A stretch of 64,000 bases of DNA. Origin: Nanobdellota archaeon. GTDB lineage: Archaea > Nanobdellota > Nanobdellia > Woesearchaeales > GW2011-AR4. Each line of letters begins with the position of its first letter. Within the stretch, counting starts at the first letter, position 1. Below the pieces are notes generated by a model that was not told where the DNA came from, ran no database searches, and was given only the letters and a program-made list of their open reading frames with translations. Position numbers and translations under genes: made by a program. Where the stretch lies: assembly GCA_038046385.1 (NCBI GenBank), contig JBBSWH010000009.1, positions 1-64,000 on the forward strand, read 5' to 3'. Positions 28,445-36,985 of this stretch are shown here, one piece after another.

Positions 28445-29197
28445 TCAGCCGATAAAATGCAGGTATTCTCCGTAAGTAAAGAAGCCTGCAAGCTGCTTTA
28501 GCCTTGCAATCCTCGGGAAAAGGTCTTTTTCAAGGGAAACAACGCCATCAAAAAGCTCAAAGATTTCAGGCTTGAAAATGTATATTCCGGCGTTTACAAT
28601 GTTTGTCGATGAATGCTTCGGTTTTTCTTCGAAATCCACAACAAGATCGCCGTCAAGAATAGCTGTGCCGTAGCTGCTGGATTTTTCCCTTGTCATTAGC
28701 CCCATTGTAGCCAGCTTTTCAGATGCAGAGTGCTTTTTTATCATCTTTGCAAGGTCAAAATTATTGTAAGTGTCGCCGGACATCACTATGAAACTGCTGC
28801 TTATTTTATCTTTTATTGCCAGCAATGCTTCTGCATTTCCTTTTACTTGTTTTTCAACAATTTCGACGCTTATGCTTGATTTTGAGGCTTCATTAAGAAT
28901 AGCATTCATGTTTTTTGTGTACTGGGTTACAATATACACTTTTTTAATTCCAAATTTGGAAAAAAATTCCAGCTGCTGGCTTATCAATGAAGTCCCATGC
29001 ACAGGCTTAAGGGCCAGCTGCTGATGGTTGCCTCTCAGAAGCAATACTGCAGTGTCAACAGAGCCTTCCTGCAGCCCCTTTCTGAGAAAAAATTCAATAG
29101 CCTGAGACCTGCTCCTGATTATGGAGTTATCTACTTTGGAATCCACTGCCTTTAACAATTCAGTATCCAATGATATGGCTATTTTTGCTTTTTTCAT
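28445..29197 (-). CDS. Ribbon-helix-helix domain fused to a degenerate sugar-phosphate nucleotidyltransferase domain
   Basis: KIAISLDTELLKAVD...SRSQAIEFFL (CopG/NikR-type RHH); MSGD, FEEKP, NAGIY, LEKD; GxGTR loop missing. Confidence 0.85.
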   Translation of the reverse strand: MKKAKIAISLDTELLKAVDSKVDNSIIRSRSQAIEFFLRKGLQEGSVDTAVLLLRGNHQQLALKPVHGTSLISQQLEFFSKFGIKKVYIVTQYTKNMNAILNEASKSSISVEIVEKQVKGNAEALLAIKDKISSSFIVMSGDTYNNFDLAKMIKKHSASEKLATMGLMTREKSSSYGTAILDGDLVVDFEEKPKHSSTNIVNAGIYIFKPEIFELFDGVVSLEKDLFPRIARLKQLAGFFTYGEYLHFIG

Positions 29198-29267
29198 TTT
29201 AAGTAATCGAATTGCAAAGCAATTCTTTTATTTTTTGGTCAAGCTTTTTAACTTGTTTAAAAAGGTT

Positions 29268-29387
29268 GTAGTATTACTAAGTATAATAAAGTATGACTAT
29301 TTAACTATTTATATTCTAGAGTATATACTTTTAACCGAAAGATTTATATATAGATAACTAAATTAGAAAGTATGAATAGTGCATACT
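29268..29387. promoter_or_regulatory. Divergent promoter region with repeated AGTAT half-sites and dyads
   Basis: tagtattacta, aagtataat, aagtatgact, agtatatact palindrome, TATA tttatata (~29343), AGTATG-N7-CATACT (29369-87). Confidence 0.6.
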
Positions 29388-29418
29388 AATTAAGGAAAAT
29401 AATAAAAAACAAACAAAA

Positions 29419-29991
29419 ATGGAAAAAATAATAAAATCAATGATAGAAGAAGGCATTGATACGAAGAAAAAATCAATGAAACTGGCACCGCAGATAAGGG
29501 AAGCGGCAAATTTAGTCATAAACACACTAAAAAACAAAAGGAAAATTTTGCTTGCAGGAAATGGGGGAAGCGCATCACAGGCGTCTCATATAGCTGCTGA
29601 ATTTACAGGAAGATACAAACTTGAAAGAAAAGGAATGCCTGCAATTTCATTATCATCTGATTTGTCTGCAATAACTGCGATAGGGAATGACTACGGCTTT
29701 GATGCAATATTTGAGAGACAAATTGAAGCGCTTGGAAATGAAGGCGATGTTTTGATATTGCTTTCAACAAGCGGCAATTCTGCAAACATCATAAAAGCCG
29801 CAGAAAAAGCAAAGAAGATGAAAATTAAAATAATTTCCCTTCTCGGCAAGAACGGGGGGAAAATGAAAAACAAGTCAGATGTTGAAATCATAATTCCGTC
29901 TGACAATACTCCAAGGATACAGGAAGCGCACATAATGATTATGCACATAATATGCGAGATTGCAGACGAAAAATTATTTGGGAAGAAATAA
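29419..29991 (+). CDS. gmhA: D-sedoheptulose-7-phosphate isomerase
   Basis: GNGGS, TAIGNDYG, STSGNS, RIQEAH. Confidence 0.93.
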   Translation: MEKIIKSMIEEGIDTKKKSMKLAPQIREAANLVINTLKNKRKILLAGNGGSASQASHIAAEFTGRYKLERKGMPAISLSSDLSAITAIGNDYGFDAIFERQIEALGNEGDVLILLSTSGNSANIIKAAEKAKKMKIKIISLLGKNGGKMKNKSDVEIIIPSDNTPRIQEAHIMIMHIICEIADEKLFGKK

Positions 29992-30004
29992 TAAAAACAA
30001 CAAA

Positions 30005-30910
30005 ATGGGAAAAATGATTGTAACCGGGGGAGCAGGCTTCATCGGCTCAAACCTCGCATTAAAGCTCGAAGAGCTTGGACACGAAGTTGTCGTGCTTGAT
30101 AACTTTCTCATGGGCAACATGAAAAATCTTGGCGGCTTCAAGGGAAAAGTGATAAAGGGAAACGAATCAGAGCTTTCAAAAATAAAAAATGATTTTGACG
30201 CTGTTTTTCATCAGGCTGCTATAACAGATACAACAATCACAGACAAAGACAAAATGTTTGGCAATAACGTCGAAGGATTCAAAAAAATAATTGCATTCTG
30301 CGAAAAAAACAATTCAAAACTGGTTTATGCATCTTCTGCAGCAGTCTATGGTGCATGCAAGGCTTCGATGAAAGAGAATCAGCCGCTTCAGCCGCTTAAT
30401 GTCTATGGCCAGTCAAAGGTGGAGATGGACAAAATAGCAAAAGAAAGCTACAAAAAAGGAACTTTAGTTGGATTAAGATATTTTAACGTATTCGGCCCAA
30501 GGGAAAAATACAAGGGAAAAATGTCCAGTATGATTTACCAGCTTGCCTTGCAGATGAAATCAGGAAAAAGGCCAAGAATTTTCAAATACGGCGAGCAGGA
30601 ACGCGATCATGTATACGTCAAGGACATAGTCAAAGCTAACTTAAAGGCAATAGAATACCGCGGCTTTGGAATATTCAACGCAGCAACAGGAACCAAGACA
30701 AGTTTTAATCATATAGTAGACTGTCTGAACAAGGCACTCCACACAAACCTAAAGCCAGAGTATTTTGACAATCCTTACACTGGCAAATATCAGGATACAA
30801 CTGTTGCTGACATGGAAAACTCAGAAAAAAATCTCAAGTTTAAGCATGACTATAGCATTATGGAAGGCATAAAGGATTATGTAGAATATATGAATGAGAA
30901 TGGATGGTGA
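30005..30910 (+). CDS. hldD: ADP-L-glycero-D-manno-heptose 6-epimerase
   Basis: GGAGFIG, HQAAITDT, YASSAAVYG, LRYFNVFGPRE...KGKM; ATG 30005. Confidence 0.88.
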   Translation: MGKMIVTGGAGFIGSNLALKLEELGHEVVVLDNFLMGNMKNLGGFKGKVIKGNESELSKIKNDFDAVFHQAAITDTTITDKDKMFGNNVEGFKKIIAFCEKNNSKLVYASSAAVYGACKASMKENQPLQPLNVYGQSKVEMDKIAKESYKKGTLVGLRYFNVFGPREKYKGKMSSMIYQLALQMKSGKRPRIFKYGEQERDHVYVKDIVKANLKAIEYRGFGIFNAATGTKTSFNHIVDCLNKALHTNLKPEYFDNPYTGKYQDTTVADMENSEKNLKFKHDYSIMEGIKDYVEYMNENGW

Positions 30911-30914
30911 CCAA

Positions 30915-31880
30915 ATGGAAAGCAAATTCATGAAAATATTAAACAGCTTCAAATCAAAAAAAATACTTGTAATAGGGGACATAATGCTGGATAAATATAT
31001 CTGGGGAGATGTTTCCAGAATAAGCCCTGAAGCGCCTGTGCAGATAGTCAATGCAGTAAACGAAACATATGCTCCTGGCGGGGCATCAAATGTTGCAAAT
31101 AATATTTCTGCACTTTCCGGAAAAGCCTACATGATAGGAATAGTTGGAAATGACGATGCCAGAACAATACTTATCAATGATCTGAAATCAAAAAGCATAA
31201 ACACAGATGGAATTATAATTGATAATGACAAACCAACAATACAGAAAATAAGGATTATGGGGAGGGGCCAGCAGCTTCTAAGGGTAGATTATGAAAAAAA
31301 AGAGCATGTTCATAAAAAAATAGAATTACAAATAAAAGATTTTATTTCATTGAAAATAAAAGACACTGATGTAGTTGTCATATCAGATTATGCAAAGGGA
31401 GTTATAACGAAGGAAATTGCAGAGCACATTGTAAAATTAGCAATAAAGCACAATAAACCGCTTATAGTTGATCCAAAGCCTGCCCACAGAGAATTTTACA
31501 GAGGAGCAACACTAATAACTCCTAATAATGCAGAAGCCAGCGAGATGTCTGGAATTGATGACGGCTCTGACGAGTCTTCATCCAAAATAGGAAAAAAACT
31601 CCTGAAGGATATGGGTACAAATGTGCTTTTGACAAGAGGAGAAAAAGGAATGTCTCTTTTTGAGAAGAATGGAAACACAACAAACATACCTGCAAAGGCA
31701 AAGGAAGTCTATAGCCTTACTGGGGCAGGAGACACTGTTGTTGCTACTGCAGCGCTTGCATTGGCATCCGGAGCTACAATGAAAGAAGCAGCATATCTTG
31801 CAAACATCGCAGCCGGGATAAAGGTAGGGAAAATAGGAACCGCTACAGTAACGCTTGAAGAGATAAAAAAAGAGCTCTGA
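30915..31880 (+). CDS. hldA: D-glycero-beta-D-manno-heptose-7-phosphate kinase (RfaE domain I)
   Basis: GDIMLDKY, RISPEAPV, SDYAKG, GAGDT; GGTGA RBS before ATG 30915. Confidence 0.92.
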   Translation: MESKFMKILNSFKSKKILVIGDIMLDKYIWGDVSRISPEAPVQIVNAVNETYAPGGASNVANNISALSGKAYMIGIVGNDDARTILINDLKSKSINTDGIIIDNDKPTIQKIRIMGRGQQLLRVDYEKKEHVHKKIELQIKDFISLKIKDTDVVVISDYAKGVITKEIAEHIVKLAIKHNKPLIVDPKPAHREFYRGATLITPNNAEASEMSGIDDGSDESSSKIGKKLLKDMGTNVLLTRGEKGMSLFEKNGNTTNIPAKAKEVYSLTGAGDTVVATAALALASGATMKEAAYLANIAAGIKVGKIGTATVTLEEIKKEL

Positions 31881-31884
31881 GCAA

Positions 31885-32424
31885 ATGAAGCCTGCAGTAT
31901 TTCTTGACAGAGACGGAACACTGAATGAAGACACAATGTACCCTCATAAGATTCATCATTTTAAGATGCTCCCGGGCGTAATTGATGGACTAAAAAAACT
32001 TTCAAAGAAATATATATTTGTGATAATAACCAATCAATCAGGAATAGGCAGAGGAGTTTTCAAGGAAGAAGATTTTCAGAATTTTAACAATCATCTTATA
32101 ACCACGCTAAAAAAAGAAGGCATTGAAATCAAAAAAACATACCACTGCCCGCACACTTCGGAGCAGGTATGTGAATGCAGGAAACCAAGCGCAAAATACA
32201 TAAATGATGCTGCTGAAGAGTTTGGAATAGACATAAAAAAATCCTGGGTAATCGGAGACCACCTTCATGACTTGGAAATGGGGATAAACGCAGGATGCAG
32301 AAGCGTGTATATGCTGACGGGGCACGGAAAAATGCACATAAATGACATAGAAAAAAGCAAAACAAAGCCTGATTTCACAGCAAATAATTTTTTGGAAGCT
32401 GCAAATTTCATAATGGGGCAATAA
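31885..32424 (+). CDS. gmhB: Heptose-1,7-bisphosphate phosphatase (HAD)
   Basis: DRDGT, TNQSG, CPH...CECRKP, IGD. Confidence 0.9.
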   Translation: MKPAVFLDRDGTLNEDTMYPHKIHHFKMLPGVIDGLKKLSKKYIFVIITNQSGIGRGVFKEEDFQNFNNHLITTLKKEGIEIKKTYHCPHTSEQVCECRKPSAKYINDAAEEFGIDIKKSWVIGDHLHDLEMGINAGCRSVYMLTGHGKMHINDIEKSKTKPDFTANNFLEAANFIMGQ

Positions 32425-32425
32425 A

Positions 32426-32917
32426 ATGGCAATAAAAAACAAAATAGTAAAAATCAATGAACTTAAAAAGATAGCTGAAAGGCTGAAAAAACAGAAAAAG
32501 AAAATAGTGACAACCAACGGCGTTTTTGACATACTGCATTACGGCCACGTGAGCTATCTTGAAGAGGCGAAGGCGCTTGGAGATGTTCTTATAGTTGGCG
32601 TGAATTCAGACGCTTCTGTAAAAACAAATAAAGGAGACAAAAGGCCGATAAACGATGAAAAATCAAGATTAAGCATAATTGCTGCACTGCAGAGCGTTGA
32701 TTATGCTGTTCTTTTTAATGATAAAGACCCCAGGAAACTTCTTTCCCTCATCAAGCCCGATTTTCATGTCAAGGCAGGAGACTACAAGCCAAGCCAGATA
32801 ATAGAAAAAGGAATCGTTGAGAAGAACGGAGGAAAAATAGTAATAGCAAAGGCGCACAGGCCGTATTCAACAACTTCAATAATAGCCAAAATTCTTAATG
32901 CATATAAAAAACAATAA
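32426..32917 (+). CDS. hldC: Heptose-1-phosphate adenylyltransferase (RfaE domain II)
   Basis: [22 protein letters not shown]. Confidence 0.9.
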   Translation: MAIKNKIVKINELKKIAERLKKQKKKIVTTNGVFDILHYGHVSYLEEAKALGDVLIVGVNSDASVKTNKGDKRPINDEKSRLSIIAALQSVDYAVLFNDKDPRKLLSLIKPDFHVKAGDYKPSQIIEKGIVEKNGGKIVIAKAHRPYSTTSIIAKILNAYKKQ

Positions 32918-32948
32918 TTTTTTAAAGAATTTTCCAAAATCATCCTTA

Positions 32949-33644
32949 ATGAAGCTTTCAATCATAATTCCGGCTTATAATGAGGAAAAAACTATATCAA
33001 AAATAATATCAAAAGTCAAAAAATCAAATTCTTTAGGGCTTTCAAAAGAGATAATAGTTGTTGATGATTATTCTACAGACAATACAGGAAGAATACTAAG
33101 AAAATTGAATGACAGGTCAATAATAACCGTTTACCATGCCAAAAATATGGGGAAAGGGGCAGCAATAAGAACCGGCTTATTGCGAGCAACAGGCGACGTT
33201 ATTCTTATACAAGATGCCGACATGGAGTATGACCCGAAAGAATACCCAAAACTGCTTAAGCCGATATTAAGCGGAGAGGCAAAAGTCGTTTACGGCTCAA
33301 GGTTTGAGAAAATAAGCAAAAATCTCAAAAATATGTACAAGCTGCACTACTTTGGAAACATATTCCTGACAATCGCAACAAATGTCCTGTATGGAGTTAG
33401 AATAAAGGATATGGAAACCGGGTACAAGGTTTTCAGAAAAGAAGCAATAAAAAACATAAATCTGCGCGCAAGAAGATTTGACTTTGAGCCGGAGATAACG
33501 GCAAAACTTATTAAGAATGGATACAAGATCAGGGAAGTTCCGATAGATTTCAGGGCAAGGAAATTTGAGGAAGGCAAAAAAATAACATGGAAAGACGGCA
33601 TTAAGGCCATGTTTTATCTTGTAAGGTACAGATTTTCGGATTGA
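32949..33644 (+). CDS. GT2, DPM synthase-like
   Basis: [30 protein letters not shown]. Confidence 0.9.
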   Translation: MKLSIIIPAYNEEKTISKIISKVKKSNSLGLSKEIIVVDDYSTDNTGRILRKLNDRSIITVYHAKNMGKGAAIRTGLLRATGDVILIQDADMEYDPKEYPKLLKPILSGEAKVVYGSRFEKISKNLKNMYKLHYFGNIFLTIATNVLYGVRIKDMETGYKVFRKEAIKNINLRARRFDFEPEITAKLIKNGYKIREVPIDFRARKFEEGKKITWKDGIKAMFYLVRYRFSD

Positions 33645-33708
33645 AATTGTTTTATAGAATACACAACACCGAAGCATTTTTAAACGCTTTTTATTTATTC
33701 ACCCACAA

Positions 33709-36261
33709 ATGAAAATCAAGATTATTCATATTATTCTTGCAATTTATCTTACAGCCATCTCAATAGTTACAAAAAACGCAAAACTTGCCCCGTGGGTATT
33801 TTTAATAATAACCTTTGTAATTTTCTATTTTCTGGGAAAAAATAAGGTATTCACTTCAATTGAAAATCTGCTGTACATCTTAATTGCGCTGACCCCTTTT
33901 TTGCATCTGCTGCTGTTATTTATTATATATCTTCCATTCGCTGTATTCGGGCTCCTGACACACAAAAAAAGTTTCCTGAAGAACTATATTTTTGGATTTG
34001 GAATATCCTACATTCCGTCTATATTTATCTATCTCATATCTACCTACCTTTCAATCCCGTTAAATCTTATCTCCATACTGGCTATTTTTTACATATTGCC
34101 GATAATGGGGATTTTTGCATTAAAGAAAATCCCGATAGAGGCTTTTGAGATAGACAATAAAGAAAGCATTTTCATTTTAATTATACTGTTTTTTACAATA
34201 TTCATAGCCATCGGAATAGTGGATAATGAAAGACTGTTCATCTCCAACAGTGTTAGGGAGTTTTCAAGGCTCCAGCCTGCTGTTGAGGGACTGGAATCCG
34301 ACGGTCTGATTCCAATCTATAATCCAGGCACGGGGCAGGGGGATGCAACTTACTTATGGCTCCCTCCAGGGCATATTTCACATTTCTTCACATCAAATTT
34401 CCTGCTCAAAGATTTTTTCCCTAGCATCTTATTCTTTAATGCCTATTCTGTATTCATCTTGCTGCTCTCAACACTATCATTAGGCCTGCTTTTTGAGCCC
34501 ATCCTTAACAGGGATAAGTCAACTTTAAGCTGGCTGGCTATAACTTCCATATCCCTTATTGTAGGGCTTAATTTTTATTTCATCCAGAAATTAGAGTCCA
34601 TCAAGGAGTTCTCCGCATTTCCGCTTGCTTATTTAACATTAAGCATGATTCTTTACAATCCTAAAAAATTCAATGATTTTTTCTTTTTGATGTTTTTTTC
34701 CCTAATTTTAATTACAATACATTCTGCATACGGAACTGAGATTATTGTGCTTTCCTTTTGGCTGTTTTTATTCACAAAAATTTATTATGTAAGGGACAGA
34801 AGCGAACCAAAACTTTTTTTTAAATGGGCCATCTCCAATAAAATCAGGATTTTGGCTACCCTAGCAATAATATCGCTATTGCCTCTTTTTTACATCTTAA
34901 ACGGGGTTATCTACAAGGATTTTATCGTAGCCTCTCAGGAAGACAGCTTTAGCATTCTCGGCATAAAAGAAAATTTTATCGGATACACTAAGAATTACTA
35001 TGAGGATCATCTGCATTTCCTTTCCTTGAGTTACCCGGATGTCACCAGAAATGATGACCATAAAAGCGGTTTTTTCCCTTTAGTTTTAGGCACGATGTCT
35101 CTTTTTTTCTTAATTATCATGTATAAGCGAAGCGACACAAAAAATTTCAGAATATTTGCATTTGCAGCTTTATTTCAGGTATTAACTTTTGCATTGTTTT
35201 TAAATAAATACAGCTACCGTTTCGGAGGGCTTTTCAGGACAGCCAAGCCGCTTTTGATTATCCTGTTAGGGGCATCTATTCTTGTTTTCATGTACTCGTT
35301 TAAAAATAAATATTTAAAGGCAGTTTTCATAGCGATTACGTTTGCTGCATTCCTGCATACGGTCCCTTACGCTAAAGATAACCTCAGCAACATCCACCGG
35401 GAATTTTTTATGAGCGGAACTGTATATCAAGACGAAATGAATTTTATCAGCCTGCTGCCTAAAGACGGGAGGATAATAACTTATGGCGTCTTTGGCAATG
35501 CAATAGATTATGGCGGAAACCAGCTCACCGGCAGATACTTCTCCAGAGAAGACTGGGAAGTATTTGAATACCATAACAGAAATATATACAACACAAAAAT
35601 ACACAGTGCAAATTCATTTGGCCAGGCTGATATTGTCTTCAATAAATCCGCTGTAGAACTTCATAATTATCTAAGGCTCGGGGGCTATGGATATATTTTT
35701 GCAAATGTGTGCCATCCGGCCGGCAATTTTATAGCCAGCAGACTTTATCCTGATTTTTCCCGGGTTATTTACCAAAACCAGCAGAATAAGTGCATGGTAA
35801 TATTTACCGTTAACGGCGTTAATTATATCGAAAAAGTAAACATCTTAAAAGATGTGAACGACGATGTATACAAGAGCAGAGACGGGTATAAATATTTCAC
35901 GCTAAACAAGCACTATGATTTTGGAGATGATATTCCTTATTCCACAAAAGCTGCAGAACCAGCCGGACTCAATTTCACAAGGGACAAACCTGCAGAAGTC
36001 AAAATTTATGGGAATTTCAACGACAATGAATGGGTATCCTTTAAGGAAACTTATTGGCCAAGATGGAAAGCGTACATGAATAACAATGAAGTGCCGATTT
36101 ATGCCGACAATAACGAGCAAATCCTGATTAGGACAGTTAAAGGAAACAGCCTGCTTCTCAAATATTCCATTCTTCCGATTGAAAAAAATTTTGGTATTTT
36201 ATCGGCTATTGGATTTTTAGGCTTGAGCGTCTTTTTGCTGCTCCTGCTGAAAAAACAATAA
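33709..36261 (+). CDS. Large polytopic GT-C-like membrane protein with YfhO-like C-terminus
   Basis: Many TM helices; LWLPPGH loop; ETYWPRWKAY C-terminal domain. Confidence 0.7.
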   Translation: MKIKIIHIILAIYLTAISIVTKNAKLAPWVFLIITFVIFYFLGKNKVFTSIENLLYILIALTPFLHLLLLFIIYLPFAVFGLLTHKKSFLKNYIFGFGISYIPSIFIYLISTYLSIPLNLISILAIFYILPIMGIFALKKIPIEAFEIDNKESIFILIILFFTIFIAIGIVDNERLFISNSVREFSRLQPAVEGLESDGLIPIYNPGTGQGDATYLWLPPGHISHFFTSNFLLKDFFPSILFFNAYSVFILLLSTLSLGLLFEPILNRDKSTLSWLAITSISLIVGLNFYFIQKLESIKEFSAFPLAYLTLSMILYNPKKFNDFFFLMFFSLILITIHSAYGTEIIVLSFWLFLFTKIYYVRDRSEPKLFFKWAISNKIRILATLAIISLLPLFYILNGVIYKDFIVASQEDSFSILGIKENFIGYTKNYYEDHLHFLSLSYPDVTRNDDHKSGFFPLVLGTMSLFFLIIMYKRSDTKNFRIFAFAALFQVLTFALFLNKYSYRFGGLFRTAKPLLIILLGASILVFMYSFKNKYLKAVFIAITFAAFLHTVPYAKDNLSNIHREFFMSGTVYQDEMNFISLLPKDGRIITYGVFGNAIDYGGNQLTGRYFSREDWEVFEYHNRNIYNTKIHSANSFGQADIVFNKSAVELHNYLRLGGYGYIFANVCHPAGNFIASRLYPDFSRVIYQNQQNKCMVIFTVNGVNYIEKVNILKDVNDDVYKSRDGYKYFTLNKHYDFGDDIPYSTKAAEPAGLNFTRDKPAEVKIYGNFNDNEWVSFKETYWPRWKAYMNNNEVPIYADNNEQILIRTVKGNSLLLKYSILPIEKNFGILSAIGFLGLSVFLLLLLKKQ

Positions 36262-36292
36262 TCTTTTAAAGATTTTAGTTTTTTTGATTCTT

Positions 36293-36985
36293 ATGGTTAA
36301 ACTCTCAATACTGATTCCGGCTTATAATGAAGAGAAAACAATAGGCATGATTCTGGATAAAGTCAAGGGAGTCAAGCTTAATGGAATAACCAAAGAGATA
36401 ATTGTAGTTGACAATGCATCTACCGACAAAACATTTGACATTCTAAAAAAATATTCACGAAAAGGCGTAAAGGTCATAAGGCACAGTAAGAACATGGGCA
36501 AAGGGACGTCCATAAGAACCGCTTTAAGCCACGCAACCGGCGACATAATCCTGGTGCAGGATGCGGACCTTGAGTATGATCCAAAAGACTATCCAAAGCT
36601 TATAAAACCAATAATAGAACACAAAGCAAAGGTTGTTTACGGCTCAAGGCTGCTTGGCAGGGACAATAAGTATACGAGATTTGCCTATTATGTCGGAGGA
36701 GTTTCTCTAACGAAATTTTTTAGCCTGCTGTACCAAAAAAATGTAAGCGACGTGTGCTGCGGCTATAAGGTATTCAGCTCCGATGTCATCAAAAACATCA
36801 GGCTCGAGTGCAAAGAATTTGAATTCGACTGCGAGGTTACTGCAAAAATTTCCAAAAAGGGAATCAGGGTATGCAATATCCCAATTTCTTACATTCCAAG
36901 ATCCAGGGAAGAAGGGAAAAAAATAAATTTTAATGATTGGATGAAGTCAGTTTATGTAATGCTGAAATACAGGTTTAAAAATTGA
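36293..36985 (+). CDS. GT2, DPM synthase-like
   Basis: IPAYNE, QDADLEYDP, EGKKI; paralogue of 32949. Confidence 0.9.
   Translation: MVKLSILIPAYNEEKTIGMILDKVKGVKLNGITKEIIVVDNASTDKTFDILKKYSRKGVKVIRHSKNMGKGTSIRTALSHATGDIILVQDADLEYDPKDYPKLIKPIIEHKAKVVYGSRLLGRDNKYTRFAYYVGGVSLTKFFSLLYQKNVSDVCCGYKVFSSDVIKNIRLECKEFEFDCEVTAKISKKGIRVCNIPISYIPRSREEGKKINFNDWMKSVYVMLKYRFKN

Noticed and set aside
26675-32917. LPS locus implying a bacterial contig
   Set aside because: Flanked by aglB, aMBF1, class III pilins and an intron-containing archaeal tRNA; no lpx/kds genes seen
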